A stretch of 63,116 nucleotides of DNA, filler included, from Choristocarpus tenellus KU-1152 (lineage: Eukaryota > Protista > Phaeophyceae), in NCBI GenBank assembly GCA_964200185.2. It is 7 parts of 7 records of this genome, joined end to end, with 100 filler letters (N's around TTAATTAATTAA, not from the genome) between each part and the next. Parts side by side here need not be neighbours in the genome. Positions count along the whole stretch, not along the records: positions 1 to 28,145 come from CAXNAD020000132.1; 6 more parts are not named here. One strand, written 5' to 3'. Of the stretch, positions 11,273-25,924 are shown in pieces; the stretch's first letter is position 1, and each line of letters opens with the position of its first letter. The position numbers and the translations under genes are program-made. The notes below the pieces were generated by a model. The model saw only the letters and a program-made list of their open reading frames with translations. It was not told where the DNA came from and did no database searches.

Positions 11273-14200
11273 TTTTCAGAAAGTATGCGGTCCCGAATGG
11301 TCGCACCTTCAAACTTCCTTGCTCAAAAGCGCAGGTCACTCTGAAGAAACACAGCGAGCCAATCTCAAGCAGTATCACTATCAAAACTTATCAACAAGTT
11401 AACCTCAGTTTGTTAGACAGGTCTTATTTCAAGTTGGCACGAGTCTCCCTTGCCCCTTACGGATATTGATATCTCACCATTTAACCATTCGAAACTGTGC
11501 AGAGTTTATGCATTTTAAACTTAGTCATCAACGAGTACCTCACATTATGCAAGCTGCCACTACATACCCAGGATATATTTGAGCCCTCCTAAAGACCAAT
11601 TCAAGTATGCCATGCTGTCGAGTGCAGTACATGCTGAAAGGGGCCATTACAATCTTTTGGGACCTTCTTACGTGGGTACTGTGTAAACCAAGTTATTCCT
11701 GTCCATCCGTCCGTCTGACTATCTGTCTGCCTGTCTATAAATCACCAGTACCACCTCTCTCACATATGTACAGTATAAAACCAAGAACCTCCTGCCCGTC
11801 CATCTTTTGTCTTCATCTCTGAACTGCCAGTACCAGCTCCTGTCCACAAACATAGGCTTGCCCGCCCTCGCACATTTTGTTCAACAAATAAAAGGTAAAG
11901 CTTAACATCACCAGCTGTTTGGGTCCCTCTCACATACGTACAGTATAGGACCAAGAACTTCCTCCCATTGTAAACCTGTACTCTGTAGACCTATGTTTCC
12001 TCTTTTTCCATTTGTCTGAAGTTTGATTCCTACTAATACTATACTACGTGCTGCATCTCTACAACCTATACCTTCCACGCTGCGTAACCTTGCTCCAGTA
12101 CTGTCCCTCACAAGTTCACGCATACTTACTTCAAAATTATCCTGAAAAATGTACAAGACATCACCAACAACACCAGGTTTATACGGCAAATTTTTGGGTC
12201 CCTCTTTCATGTAAGTACCTCGTAAAACCACCTAATTCCTGTACCTTCATCCGTCTGTCTGGACATGCCAACATCAGCTCTGTAGAGATGTCTTTTTCTT
12301 TACAAGTTGTTTTAAGTGTAAGTCCAAATATAATGTTACAGGTTGAATGCAGGTCACATTTCTATGGAACAAGCTCACTTCAATACAGCTCCCTCGCACA
12401 CAAAGGCGCAAGGAGTCACACTACTCTCCCTCCTCTCCTCCCCTATCCGACACACACAACCTCTGCGTGGTCCAGCCCGTCGTAGAGGAGCCTATTTATT
12501 AGTCCTTAAAGGTCGTATTGGATAAGATATTCTTACTGAACAAGGACATCTTAAGTGAACCCAAAGCCAAAGGTCAGATAAAGCGCCCAAAGTTCATTTG
12601 CTGAAGAATCACTATTTTGATAGGGATTGAAAACACAGCAATGAGGCAAGATCTAGCGAAGTCCATAACATGATTTCCCTATAAGCCACTAAAAAAGTGC
12701 GCAAGCCTTACAATTATGTCCACACTCCTCTTGTCATGTTTCCTGTTTAAACACATATATATTCAAGTCCAACATTCAACAAGCTTCTACGGGAGAAACG
12801 TTGGTGGTCCTTGGGAGTCAATGAAGCATTGTGCAGTGCCCCAAGCTCTGTGTAGGGCAGTCAGTAGAAATCTCTCAATGTCCGAAGGTTCTAGTTGTGT
12901 TCTTTACCTTCCCCTGAGTCATGAAAATCATGTAGGCATCACAATCAGTCCTTCTTGGAGCCTGTCGTACCTAGCCCAGAAGTCACATCTATTAATCGGT
13001 GTGAGATGCCTTAACAGTGTATCTGAATGGATAGTTATAGTGGATATTTTGAACTGCATTGTAGAAGAATTAATATTGTAAAGCAATGTTAATCCTCATG
13101 GAAAAAAACAGCACAACTTTAGAGTCCTATCGATCATCCACGCACAATCAAAACTGCGATTAACTCATTTCGAACGCACGTAGGGCCAGGGATTTAGAGC
13201 GAGATGAGATACAAAAAGAACAGCCCAGTCTCATTTTGTGTTGCTTTGACCGCACATGAGGATACAACAACGGAAGATTGACTCAATTGTTGGACACGTC
13301 CCTCTTGCAAATTCAAAGAAGTCAAGGATTCTTGCTTATCGTTGATTATTGTGCCACTTCAAAGAAGTTTGGCAATTGGCACATGCCCTCACAGAGGTGT
13401 TCCATGCTCCTCCAATTTTATTATTCTCTACCATCAATGAGCACCTTGTCATCCACATTGAGCAGAACACACCATCACAAGCAGGGCTCTAAGCAGGACT
13501 GGGTAACAATGATAGGACCGGACTGCTGGCCAGCCTGATAATAACGTTTTGTAACAGACCTGGTACAGAGCCTTGGGAATTTTAATGGAGCCCATGTGCA
13601 GGCCGGCTTGGGAAAAAAATATCAATAGGGTAGGCCAAGGCCTTCAACGTCTTCAACTGGACCAGGACATGGGCAGGTCTGATTATGGTACATCTTGAAA
13701 GGGCTAGCCCAGGTGTCAGTTTGATCGGACTGGGCTGGGCAGTTGCAGGTGATAATTACTTAGGGGGGTTGCAATCAATTCACTCTCCATAGCACATGAG
13801 ACGTTCTACTTTACCTCTCGTGCGTACAGAGCAAAATAAATCACACTCATCACAAGGGTTTTATACCAGACCAACAATTAAGTGGGCTGGGGGTCAGCCT
13901 GTGGCCCTGACCTTTTAAATTGTATTTTACCCAGGCTGGCCAAATCATTAATGACGTTAATATCACCGTTGCTGTTACTGTTGACCTATTAGTCTATACC
14001 TTTATGTACGAACTCAAGTATGTGTATAATATAAATAAGATGAACACAAGCAGGATGTTTGTATATATGCAATCATACATTGAGTGGTACATGATATAAG
14101 CACAAGTAATGTATATATATATAAATGTTACACTTGTGGAGAAATGTTTAAATTAGAAGTATTCATGACAATGGTGTTGCAGCACATTGAGATGGTTCAA

Positions 14201-17200
14201 ATCCTTGGTATCAATATTCTGCAATCCTATCATGGAGTATGTACCATAATGGTGAAGAGGGTGTAAGTTTGGGTGGACGTAGAGCATGCAACACCCTTGC
14301 GGTATCTTACTTGGTTCAGATCTGAACCCCTCCACATCTGAAGACAAAATGTACTCATTAAGGGACAGAGCTATCCCTGTAGGCTCGTGTGACTCAAAAG
14401 ACATCCTGACAGAACAGGGAAACATACCTGAAATGAGCGCAGTATCGTTCCTAGAGGTTCAACATGAGCACCATCTGCCCAATAAATCTTCATAATCCTA
14501 TATATTCCATTAGGAGAGAGGTTAGTTCTGAATAAACCATGCATATCAACTCTACAAGGGTGTCTCATGTCCTACACCCAACCACAACACAACCTGCCAC
14601 TGCCACGGTACTGGAGAGTACAACTTTTAAGAACTTTATTGGAAGCAAGGACCTGAACTGTAACAGGTGTGTAGTGTGCAGCCCAGCATTGTTTACTGCA
14701 AGATGAAAGGCGATTTAATTCCTTCATGCCTCAAGTTTGCTTTGGTATACTCCAACTGTCCTTCATGATCTATCTTCATGCTTTTACCCTTTAACAGATA
14801 GTTTAACACTCTGTACTACGTTTAACTTTACTGAGGAAGACTTGGCAGGTTCAACACTGCTACAATAATTATGCTTTTCGGGCATTTTCCAAACTTTGGC
14901 TTGCTGATACTGTCTCAAAGACTCCAGAAAAACATAAAGCAATATGGTGCCAAGATTACACACGGGCCACAACATAAGAGAATCACAGGCAGGTGCCTTC
15001 TTTGTACTTCCATTCAACCTAACACTTGCAATACTTGCAGGTCACTTGTTGAATGCACGTCAAAGCGGATTAATACCACTTCATCATTTCACATAACAAC
15101 CAACTATGGTAAGTAAGAATTTCCTCTCTTGAGAGACCTGTGTTGCTAAATATGTTTCCTGGCCATTTCTACAGCAGTGCTACGATAGGACCAAATAAAT
15201 GCCCCAACCATTTATAACAGTATCATAGGGCTCCAAAAGCCTCAATACCTAACCTTTCATAGGGGCCTCCAGAAGAATATAACACAACCTACACAAACCA
15301 TACCCGACAGTTGCATATCTCAAGGGTTGAAATTGACCCTCTCACTAAGGGCCACTGCACTGATTCAACAATGGACTAGAGTGCCTGCCTGGAAACAGTA
15401 TCAACAGTCAACTAGCATATTAAGTAGAACATCTGAACTAGAAACAATTGAGGGACAAGGAGTGGTAACCAAACACTTCAAAGTATAAAATATCGTGAAG
15501 GTCTTTGGGGGCCTCTCAGCTTATGCCCAGTAATACGAAGCAAGACTGCTGAGTACCAGTTGGAGACGTTGGAAGCTCTGGTCGACAAACATTTTATCAG
15601 GGGCAGCAGGGAGGTTTGGTGACTGGCTGGAGGGAAATCCTTTGCACTGAAGTACCATTCAATTCAGACCATACTGTCCGAGAAGGGAGCACCATTGAGT
15701 GGGAGGAACCTTTGTGACCACCTTCTGGTACATGTATTCCTGGCATTCTGGACAGTGATATCGAGCTTGTGAGGGTGAAGGCTCCTCTTCTACAGACACG
15801 GTCTCCTCTCAATGAGCGCTGCTTCATTTTAGGCATGTGAATGGGGGTAACAGGCTTGAGATTTTAGAACCTCCTCAAACTCAAACACGCCTGAACTGAT
15901 CTGTCTACAACACTATAAATCTAGTAAGTGGAAGTACTTCAATGTACTTTGCGAAGTGAGGACAACTCCATACAGATCATACATTTGGCAAGGGTATACA
16001 TAAAAAGGGACCTTAATCTTCTTACGAGAGCATTGTAGGCAGCAGGTCAAAAAAAGAACGCTTAGGTCCCACAAAAGCTGGGAGTTAGAGTGGCAAGTTT
16101 AAGCGGTATAATTGAACAACTCTCCACACATTTCCTTCTCCTCCGTAATACAAACACACCTGACTGTAACTTCGTCAAGGTCATTTGTTGTATACTAACA
16201 GACACTGGTAGTCAATCAGGCATTGGGGGAGTGGCATGTCAAAGTTAGTGAGAAGAGTGAGCCAATTTCATCACCTCTTCCACTGTAATTACTGGTTGTC
16301 CTGCTACATCCTTTTTGCACATTCAACTTACCTACTGGTTGCAAAAATGCTATTGATACAACCTCAATTTGAGAGGGAAGCGGTGCATTGTAGTAGAGTC
16401 CTAACCAGCAGCCCGGAAAAAGAGATGTTTTGTAGCTTATCCAATGCAGCCTAAACAAAGAGACTAAAACATTGGTTTGAGTTCTGACGAGAAATAGGAC
16501 TTGCTAAAATAATGATTCCTTATCTCTTTCACTCTCATAATGTCTCCTATCCATATCTCCCACTGTATGTAGCATGCCAGGAATGACTATGGTTCTGTCT
16601 CATTGGGAAACATTTTCTGACAACAGCAGAAATAGTAGACATTTTGAGGTATCCCTATATGCCATGAGACCTCTCGCACTATTAAGACACTCTTCTGCTA
16701 ATGTTCTTAAACCACACATACAACACATACATATCTGTACCGAATAACCACACCTTGTTTATGGCTTCACATGGCCACAATGGGGAAGTCAAGCAATACG
16801 TGTTTTTGTACCCAGCAGATGCAGCTGGTCCAGGATGAGAAATGCGAGGGATGGGAATGGTGTGCCCAGGATGTAGGTAATACATCGTTGTCTGCTGGAC
16901 ACACATCCAAGAGGCAGCTAATTCCTGACCAATCAAGAAGAAATGGTACCGGGGTGCCAATCGGAAAGCATGCAAAAATAACAGCGGCAGGGACCAGCCC
17001 TTGTTCACATTACAGGAATTAAGACTAGAACTATCCTGCAACAGTTGTTTATCCGTTGACCCTACCAATTTAAGCGATGGTTTCAGTAGTGCATCTCAGT
17101 GCACTAATTCAGGGCCCTACATATATTATTTCGAAGTTCTACATGGCTTTGACGGCACAGAACGTCTCAGACAAACAGTATTTGACAGTTCATTCATTGG

Positions 17201-17298
17201 AAGATAGGAAGAAATAGGACTTCGTGAATCTCCAATGTCAATTGATGCTTACCTCCTTCCAACGTCAGCGTTAGTTCCACCCTGCATCTTTGAAGAAT

Positions 17299-17475
17299 CT
17301 AGTGAGCGTCTTCAGCCTTGATGCGATCGGGGTGTTGTTTCGCATAGTCCTCGAGTTTCTTGGCGACTGATTCCATTTCCTCACTACTCAGTGCTGTGGG
17401 TTCGAGTTGAACGTTCTTCGCCAATTCTTCTGCAGTAACCTGGTCTTTTAGTTCTGGTGGACGTGTATCCGACAT
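17299..17475 (-). CDS. Possible 58-aa small acidic helical protein
   Basis: ATG at 17475 gives MSDTRPPELKDQVTAEELAKNVQLEPTALSSEEMESVAKKLEDYAKQHPDRIKAEDAH*. Composition is protein-like; no family recognised. Confidence 0.45.
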   Translation of the reverse strand: MSDTRPPELKDQVTAEELAKNVQLEPTALSSEEMESVAKKLEDYAKQHPDRIKAEDAH

Positions 17476-20400
17476 ATCAGTTATAGCACTGTTGTGTTGG
17501 CTGTGAGCTGAGGGGTTGACTGTTGGGCACCTCAACACAGTAGTGAGGAAAAACCAATTAAGAAAAACCAATAATAGTCCACACATATTGTTTGAGCTGT
17601 ATACTTTTTTGTATGTCTTGGACAACGTATCGCTAAACCCTAACGTTAGGCTAGAATATTGCAACATTCATGTTCAACGAAAAACTATATTCATCACAAC
17701 ATCACTGGGGGGTATTTTGCTCCATAACGTCCATTTTCTGGGCAACGTTCGGTGCCTTTGCTCTATAACGCTTGCTGTTATGTTCCAAATTTTCGAGGTA
17801 TTTACCCATTTTTATATATAAAATGATGGATTGGTTCAAACCAGTTAGATATATGGTGTAAAATTATGTTCAAAAAATACATTTTGGGGGTAACACCGTT
17901 CAGAACAATTGTGATACAAGTTTACACTTTTTTTGCACTACGCCAATCAATTCCGTTTGGTGATGGGTGTACACTTGGTCATATGATACCCCCATATAGA
18001 ACGAATCAGAGTGAGATTGGTCACCCAAGAGTAGGTCGGTCCCGTTGGACATTTCAATATCGCCAATCCGTCAAACGCAACCCTAACAAAACCAAGAGGC
18101 CTTTCATATGGTGTAGTTGATATTGAACAATCTAACAGAGGCGAACAGACCAAACTTCCTACGATAACGTATTGACACTAATCGAGTACAATATGTCTGC
18201 CATTCGACCTCATCCCTCGTTTACTTAGGTAACTTTGCTTAAAGTGAGTATACACATCATTATCACATTCTAAAAACGTATATTTCAAACAAGCTTTTAT
18301 TTCTAAACTAGATAAACATATTGTCCAGTTTGCTAAAAAAACATATCAAAAGGCAAGTTAGGGTCCGAGACAGATTGTTATGCCTACCTACTAATAACAT
18401 TGTCTTCTGATTAATGTTAAGATGAACAAAAAACTTCTAGATGTTGCAGAGAGATGTGTTGACGTGGAGAATAAAGCAAGATAAACATGCTCTTCTGAGA
18501 CATCTCCTGCCCGTAGACCAATGCAATCTGTCCTCTTACCCAATGTCCTGTCTTGTCTCCTGTCGATATGCTTCAAACAGAGTCAAAGTAAACGAGAGGT
18601 ACATAGGTACAAAAATGTGGATTTTTTTTTACAAATCGTGTAAGATATTTTCTGAAGTTTGTTGAAAGGCTTCAATAGAGAAATCAACTTGCTCTCAAGT
18701 CAAACTTAGCACTTCATATATAGAATTGTGGGTGAATAGCAAAATATTGAAAATGTGACTTAAATTCTAGAAAGATCAAAATCTGGGTACCTCTCGTTTA
18801 CTTTGGCTCACAACTGCCATTGCAAATGCAGCACCCAACATATGCTGGATCCTAGTAGCACTCGCACGACGCCTACCTGGTCTCACACACCAAGTATTTA
18901 TCGCCTCTGCCCTCTAGTCAACTTGTATCAAGGAAAGAAACTAGTTGAAGTAGCAGTCTCTAAGTCAGGGCAGGAGACTCCCAATAATTATTGTTAAAAG
19001 TCCTACCTACACTCCCATAGAGAACCAAAACGGACCCACCTCTTCTTGGTAGGTCTATCATGAATGTTGACCACCCCAACACGCTCATACCTGATGAGTG
19101 GACTCTTCTTTGCGTTCCCTCTGACGAGAAAGTATTCACCGAAGATCAGTTTCCTCACCATCTCTAATAATACTTGACCCAGTTCAGTTCTACTGATGCT
19201 AGACTCCTCATCGCTGCTCTGCGATCATCTGCCCCATTCTCGTCTGAGTCCTAAGCTATTCTCCCCGACTCTCTGAATCCGTTTCCAAGTGATCATAAGT
19301 AAAGGTTCTTCAACTCTGCTCCCTCCTCAGAATCTGAAGAAGACTCAACTTGCTTGAACCTGGATCTTCGATCTGTGTTGGTTGTTGTAATTTCATTTGT
19401 TTTAATCAGATGGCCATACCATGCACACTGTCCACATTGCGAAGGTCACAACCCACTTGGGATGCTTCATACGGACCTTGGGGATCTGTCCAGTAAACAT
19501 TCCGATGTAGGTCTTCGCCTTTGAGTCCTTTGTGACTTCGCATGTAGCTAGTTTTTCCACGATGACATTACCTGAACATCTATTTTGTCGATTCACTTCT
19601 ATGTATGGGGGATGAGTTTCCCTGAACAGATTTAAGTGCCGTGTACTATTAATAGAGACACAGGACAGCCCATCTGACCTGGTCTTTATCGATTTGCTAT
19701 TGATACATCATCCTCCTATGTCTGAAGAAAGTGAACTTACACCACATAGTGAAAAGTGAAGAGTCTCGATTTCAAAAAAAGCGAAAGGAATTGTTAGAAA
19801 AAAACTGCTTCGCGCAACCGCGAGCAAGGGGGGAGTATCAAACAAGAGATTTGTACCATCAAAAACGATCCCAAACAATCAACAAAGTCTTTGAAGACTG
19901 CACACTGCACGAAGCAATAGTGTATGCTCCGCCTCAGAGTCTGGCTCCCTGCTGTGGTGCACCTCTCCTCACGAGTTGCTCACGGTTACACAGCATTAGG
20001 TGGCTTTCCTTTCTCAGGACGGACACAGATTAGGACAGCCCCACAAATAGACCAAGGCCGTCTGTTGTGGTGCATGAGTGACCACTCCAGCAAACGGCTA
20101 AAGACTTCGCCCTCCACGTGAGATTGGCCGTCAAATATTCAAACAATTGTGCGTCTTCTATGAAACCTGTGTCCACTCGTGCTGGGATCGTGTCTACCTC
20201 CAAAATCTGTCGTTTTCACCATAGTAGAGGTCATTATTCAAATGTCCTTCGCCTCCTGGCCAGGGTTCTGCTCTGTACTTAATGTGTCATATTTAGGCAG
20301 GGTCTTCTTCAATGATTTCGCCTCAGTACGTCGTCTGTCATACAATCCATCGTACTCAAACGGTAAGTAGTTTTTTAGTGAAAGGTTGCAAGCGATAGGA

Positions 20401-20689
20401 TATGACTACAATGGCGTTAATGTTTTATTGTCATGCCCCATTCGTTGCAACCTTTCAACTAAGGACTGCATAAAGAGATCTTGATCATATTTTCCCTTAA
20501 AGTGGCAGGGATTTGTGAGGTGCTCGATTTGTTGGCCTTCATATAGTCGCTATGGACGTGACATTTTGTGAGTAACTTAATTGAAAAACTTCTTGGGCAC
20601 AAGATTGGTAGATGGCACAACAATTAAGCCCGTCGCCAGTTGACTGAATTTGTTCTAACCAAGCTCTTGTACTCAACTTCAGGTGTGCA

Positions 20690-23600
20690 ATGATGTCAAC
20701 TGGAGTGGACATTCGGGTTCCCTCCGACTGGATCGTGACATCCAAGGCCATTGAAGACAAAAAGTGCATTGGCACGCACAACGGCACCTGTGCGTATGTT
20801 GTAAACCCTGTGAACCTCGGGCTTTTTTCACCAATGCCTGTATCGCGTAGTTAGGAACTCTTTTTTAGTATTATCCTCATCTTCACTACAGGTGTCTACT
20901 GTTTGCCAAAGTGTAGATGCTGGAATGTGTCGCTCAGCAAGATTGAGGTTATCATTCCTCCTCAGTATGGGCCCAAATGAATCAATATGCCTCCCCCATG
21001 TCATGATCATAATATATTTTTGTGCATGTTCAGTTCACTGTGATGAGGCTCTGGCGTGTGCTATGCTCAAGATCCTTCCTGCTTGGTCTGGTGCTGTTAT
21101 TGTCCGGACACGTGATGAGGAGGAACTTGCAAAGTGCAATGTGGTAGTTGATGTAGGAGGTATTTACGACCCAAAGACCCTTAGGTGGGTGGAATCATTT
21201 GGGTTTGAAGTGGAAAGTGAGTAGTTTGCAGCTAACACAGGCACACCTCTCAAAGACAATTTCTTGCAAGGGGCGATCAGAAACTGCTATTACACGAATA
21301 GAGTCTCGTCTCCATTGCTTGGTTAGGGTGTCTGTGGAATTTCTTAGGGCAGTTAACTCCTTTTATCCTAGCTTTCCTCTGTTCAACTGTTTTCAAGTCA
21401 ACATTCAATCTTGTTGCACTGATGCACTGATGCACTGATGCACTTTACCACACAGTGGCCTTCCTGGACCCGTCAGAGAACCCAGTCCTACCATATACCT
21501 AATATATCTTACACGATAATATGAACATTACATGGAACCGGAGAGTTCAACTAAATCATTCAGTGCTCCCTATCTTCTGGACGTGGTCCCATGGAACACT
21601 CACACTGACTGAACACCGGTCCCTGTGCCAGGTTTGATCACCACCAGAAGACATTCTCTGATACTCTGTCAGAGGAGTCGTTCTCAACCAAGCTATCCAG
21701 TGCCGGCCTGGTGTACCGCCACTTTGGACATGAAATACTGACAAGAATGGTCGAGGGCACTAGTATTCCAAAGGAAGTTGTGAACAAGAAGTTTTATGGC
21801 AGGGTGTACAAGGTGTGTTGGTAGGTGGGGTCATATGCTGTCAGTAGGTTTGAAGTCTTCATCTGTTGATTTGATAGGAAGTTTCATCCCAATTCAACTT
21901 ATTCTGCTTCCTCCCAGTTTTGTGTAGCTCTAACGTTGACATCTGTCAAAAATCTTCCAAGAGTCAGTTACTACATATTGCAGATACCGGTCACGGTTGT
22001 CATGCAGAGCATACCAACGCGATGCAATTATTCTTGGAAAATATGTTTTAAGTGCACGAACTTTGACTGGCACATTGCAGATTTGCCACTATTACCATTT
22101 GTTGGTGCAATAACAGACTGCAGACATTGTACATACTGATTTGTGTGCGTCTAACTTTTGCAGTCCTTATTGATCTTAAGTTGAACACAACTTACAACCT
22201 CTCAGTTGCAATATGAGCCACTCTGTATGTTTATGTTATTTTTGTACCCTGTGCTAGTGAAAGCTTATTGTATGGGTATTTTTGTATTTTTGAGCGGAGG
22301 GTTCATCCTGTTTGCGCAAGTAGTCTGTTGCACTCTGGAGCAGCAACTTAAGTAGGAAAGATACGGGCATTTCTCGATAGGTTTTCAGATTGGAGAGGTG
22401 GTGCCTCAAACATCGTAATTGGAAAGAAGACAACAAGCTCGGCAAGTTTTGACTAACTCTTGGAATTTACATACCATTCACCATGAGACCTGACTTGCAC
22501 AAGATAGCTCACTGATTATCCTTTTCATAATGACACAACCCAACCCTTGCATGGACTGTTTTGTCTTGCTGCCCCCTGCACCCCCACAGAGCTTTGTGGA
22601 GCACATTGATGGTATTGACAATGGAATTATGGTTGCTGATGGCATGATGAAGTACCAAGTATCATCCACCCTCAGTGACAGAGTTGCCAAACTCAACCCT
22701 CAGTGAGTAGAATGCTTGCCGCAAAGCACCTGTCTTTGAGATAATCCAAGACACAGAAAGGATTTGTACAGTCCAGCCAATGGTGACAGTGATGAAATGA
22801 CTGCCCAACTTCTTGATGTGTTTACCTCTAGAGGCCCTTCCTCTTTCACTATATCCCCATCTTCTGAAATGCAATAGATATCACTCTCACCCCTTACCAT
22901 GTCCCTTCCTTCCCTCATAACACCTTGTGAGCAGTTGGAATGAGGAGGCAGAGGACGGTCCATTGTTAGCCAACGAGCGCTTCAAGCAGGCAATGTCCCT
23001 CGCATCAGGGGAGTTCATAGAGACTGTGTTGGGTCTGTCCAACTCGTGGTGGCCTGGTAGAGCCATTGTGCAGGACTCTATCTCCATGAGAAAAGAGGCC
23101 CACCCTTCAGGACAGGTGTGAAAAAGATCTTTGGTGTCATCTTTGCAGACCTCAATAAAAACCAAAGCACACCACAAATCATAAAGGTGTTTTTCAGGAT
23201 GTATTTTCTGTACCTGTATCCTGAAAAACAGTGACCCGAAGCTCTCTACCTGTTGGGTTGGTGTATTCTCCAGCTGCAGCATTGTATTTCAGTGTTATTC
23301 CCCCAACTGAAGAAACACTATGTGCCACCTCAACCCCTCTGTTGCCCTCCTCCGTTCATCTCTCCTGCCTGTTCTATTGAGGTGGTTGTCCTAACAGGTT
23401 ACTGCCCATGGAAGAGCCATCTTGTAGAGATCGAGGAAGAAATGGGGTTAGGAGGTGAATTCAAGTATGTCTTATATGCTGAAGGGGGAAACAGCAAGTC
23501 ATGGCGAATACAGGTGTGTTGGTACAAAGAAGGTTCCAAGTTTGGCATTTTCTCACATTCTGTTGGGTAAATATGGCACACATGAAATGGAGTTAGTGTG

Positions 23601-24288
23601 GATATATGTTGATTTGCTGTTATTCCGTCGCACTGAGCTCTTCTCATTTGATGCACATCTTTAAGGTCAGAAAACTGTTCCTCTGTGTATTGTTTCATGC
23701 GACTGACACCTGTAATTGCCAATGGATTTTGCTTCAAACTGTACCTTCTTACTATCATAGAGGAGATACATGGGCTCGTGAGCATAGGAGTAGTCTGGAT
23801 CCTCCCATAGGGAGATAATACTCCAGGTTCAAGTGCTTTGCTTTGCATACAAAACTGTGCTCGCCGTGTCACACCCTGCTTGACCTTAGAACACGCACTT
23901 TACTCTAACAAGTGTCATTAACGCAGTGCAGCCACTTAGCTCTTCTGTATATTATATCTAATCGACAAGCTTCCATGTTCTTTGCTTTTATGTATGCAAG
24001 ATGCATTGTCATTTATACTCCCTTACTCATTCTTACCTGTACCCTGTACCCTGTACACCTTGGTTCACCCCAACGCCTAAGGCGGTGCCACTTGTTGAGG
24101 GGTCTTTTGAGCTTCGCCTTGGTCTTCCTAAGGAGTGGCGCGGATTGCGGAACGCTGAGTTGTCTACTGCATCAGGCATTGAAGGGTGCGTTTTTGTGCA
24201 TGCAAATGGATTCATAGGGGCCAATGCAACCAAGGAAGGAGCCCTAGCAATGGCCTCCAAGGCCCTTGAGATAGCTGCAAGCACATGA
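20690..24288 (+). CDS. MYG1: MYG1 family exonuclease (UPF0160), ~354 aa, 7 coding exons
   Basis: Exons 20690-20789, 21034-21184, 21632-21812, 22590-22702, 22935-23115, 23382-23513, 24082-24288 splice in frame. Motifs IGTHNGTFHCDEALA, RTRD..VVDVGG, FDHHQ, LSSAGLVY, IDGIDNG, CPWKSHL, FVHANGFIG. The true start may lie further upstream. Confidence 0.93.
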
Positions 24289-25924
24289 TATGAGATTAGT
24301 TGTGGTAGGGTATCTGTGAGGTTGATATTTGTAGTAGTAGTAGTAGACGTTGTGTGCCACAGTTGTGACAATTGTTGCTGACGGGATATGATGGATAATG
24401 GTGGACACAGGACAGAAATCCCTTGTTCAGTCATAACACTATTGACATAACCTATCACAGTGCAAATATTCCCTTTTCGTTCCTATGATACTCCTGCAGC
24501 AGAACTCTGCAATGTCCAACAGTGGATTGTCAAGTTGCTAGGAACAAGGAAACTGGGGATAGCAATTGCAACAACCTTTCCCCTGTGGAAAATCAGTGGG
24601 ATGGAAATGGGAAATGGAAACATATGTTTTTTTGTCAGCCTGCCAGGGCTACTGTCAAACTATACATGCAGTTGATATTGATTTATATGTGTTTGGCGTT
24701 GTGATTTTCCTCCTCCAACCGTCAGAACTTCAAAAACCAATCATTCCTCCCAATACCCTGTCCACCTGACCGAGCCATACCCTCAGTGCAGGGGTTAGAC
24801 TCAACATTCAAGAGTGGTCAAACACAATGTTTGGGGCACATGGTTGGAATCATGTTCTCAACACCCCGAAACATCTAAGTTTTAACCAAGTGAGTATGAG
24901 TCAAGTGCAAACGAAGATAGGTCAATGGGAGTAAGGAGCACTGAGGTTTTGATCAAAGCATAAATAGAACCTCATGTTGACACTACTTTATGTGTCTTAG
25001 TGAATTACATAAATTCATCCATGCATCCACCATTATGGTAATGTGTATCAAGTCTGCCGTATAGTTATATCACAGAAGTATTTGAGCAATAATCTTGACA
25101 GAAGTCATACAGACTGGCACATCCTCTTTCTTTTGAGGCAACTCATATGTTCCGAGGCCTTTTCATGGGTACTTCAAAGTAGTACAGGTTTACAGGTGCA
25201 AACCATACAGGTACAGGTTCCTGTATCCATAGCAGTATATGGAGTACCTGATCTCAACGTGGACCCAATACTACTCTGACCTGAACATAGAACTGTTGGA
25301 GGAACCTCTACAATTGTCAGACCTAGTGGTGTGACGGGTGGTGGTGATTTGGTCTCCACAAATCATTTTTCCACATATTTCCACATTGTCTGGTTTTAGG
25401 ATATATTGTGGTTTGAAAGGTGGGCGATCTATATATTGCAATATGGCAAGGATCTGTGCTGTGTAGGACATGTCACCATTCCTGGTATTAAGGGCATAAT
25501 ATGAGCTTGGACCAACAATTGTGTAAGTTTCTTCTCATAATCCACACGCATGTTTGTTGTGGGAGGGTATATTATGTAAATATGTACTTGGATCTTCAAA
25601 GCCTCCACAGGCTTCAGGGAGAGTCAAAGTCATGGATAGAGATGTTCAGTGAGTATTAATGGTAAAAGTGAGACCTTGTGCTCATCATTACCCCATGTTG
25701 TGTTGCTCTCCTCTGCTGCCCAAGGTACAAATACAAACAAGTGGAATAACGACACTAGTAGCTACTGTGATATTGCGCCCCTTCCCCTTTGCTCGACATC
25801 TTTATTTTGAAGATGTTGGAAAAATATAAATCCACCAGACCTCTTCTACTTCTACAGTGTTGAAGTGATCATGAAGAAGGTCCATTCACTTTTTAATTTA
25901 GATCGTGGAAATGACTTGACCCAC

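Noticed and set aside
11600-16500. Many short ORFs, e.g. 11908-12231 and 15597-15836
   Set aside because: No recognisable motifs or consistent exon chain; probably decayed repeats or UTR.
19000-19600. Purine-rich minus-strand coding-like stretch
   Set aside because: Stops in all frames and no assignable family.
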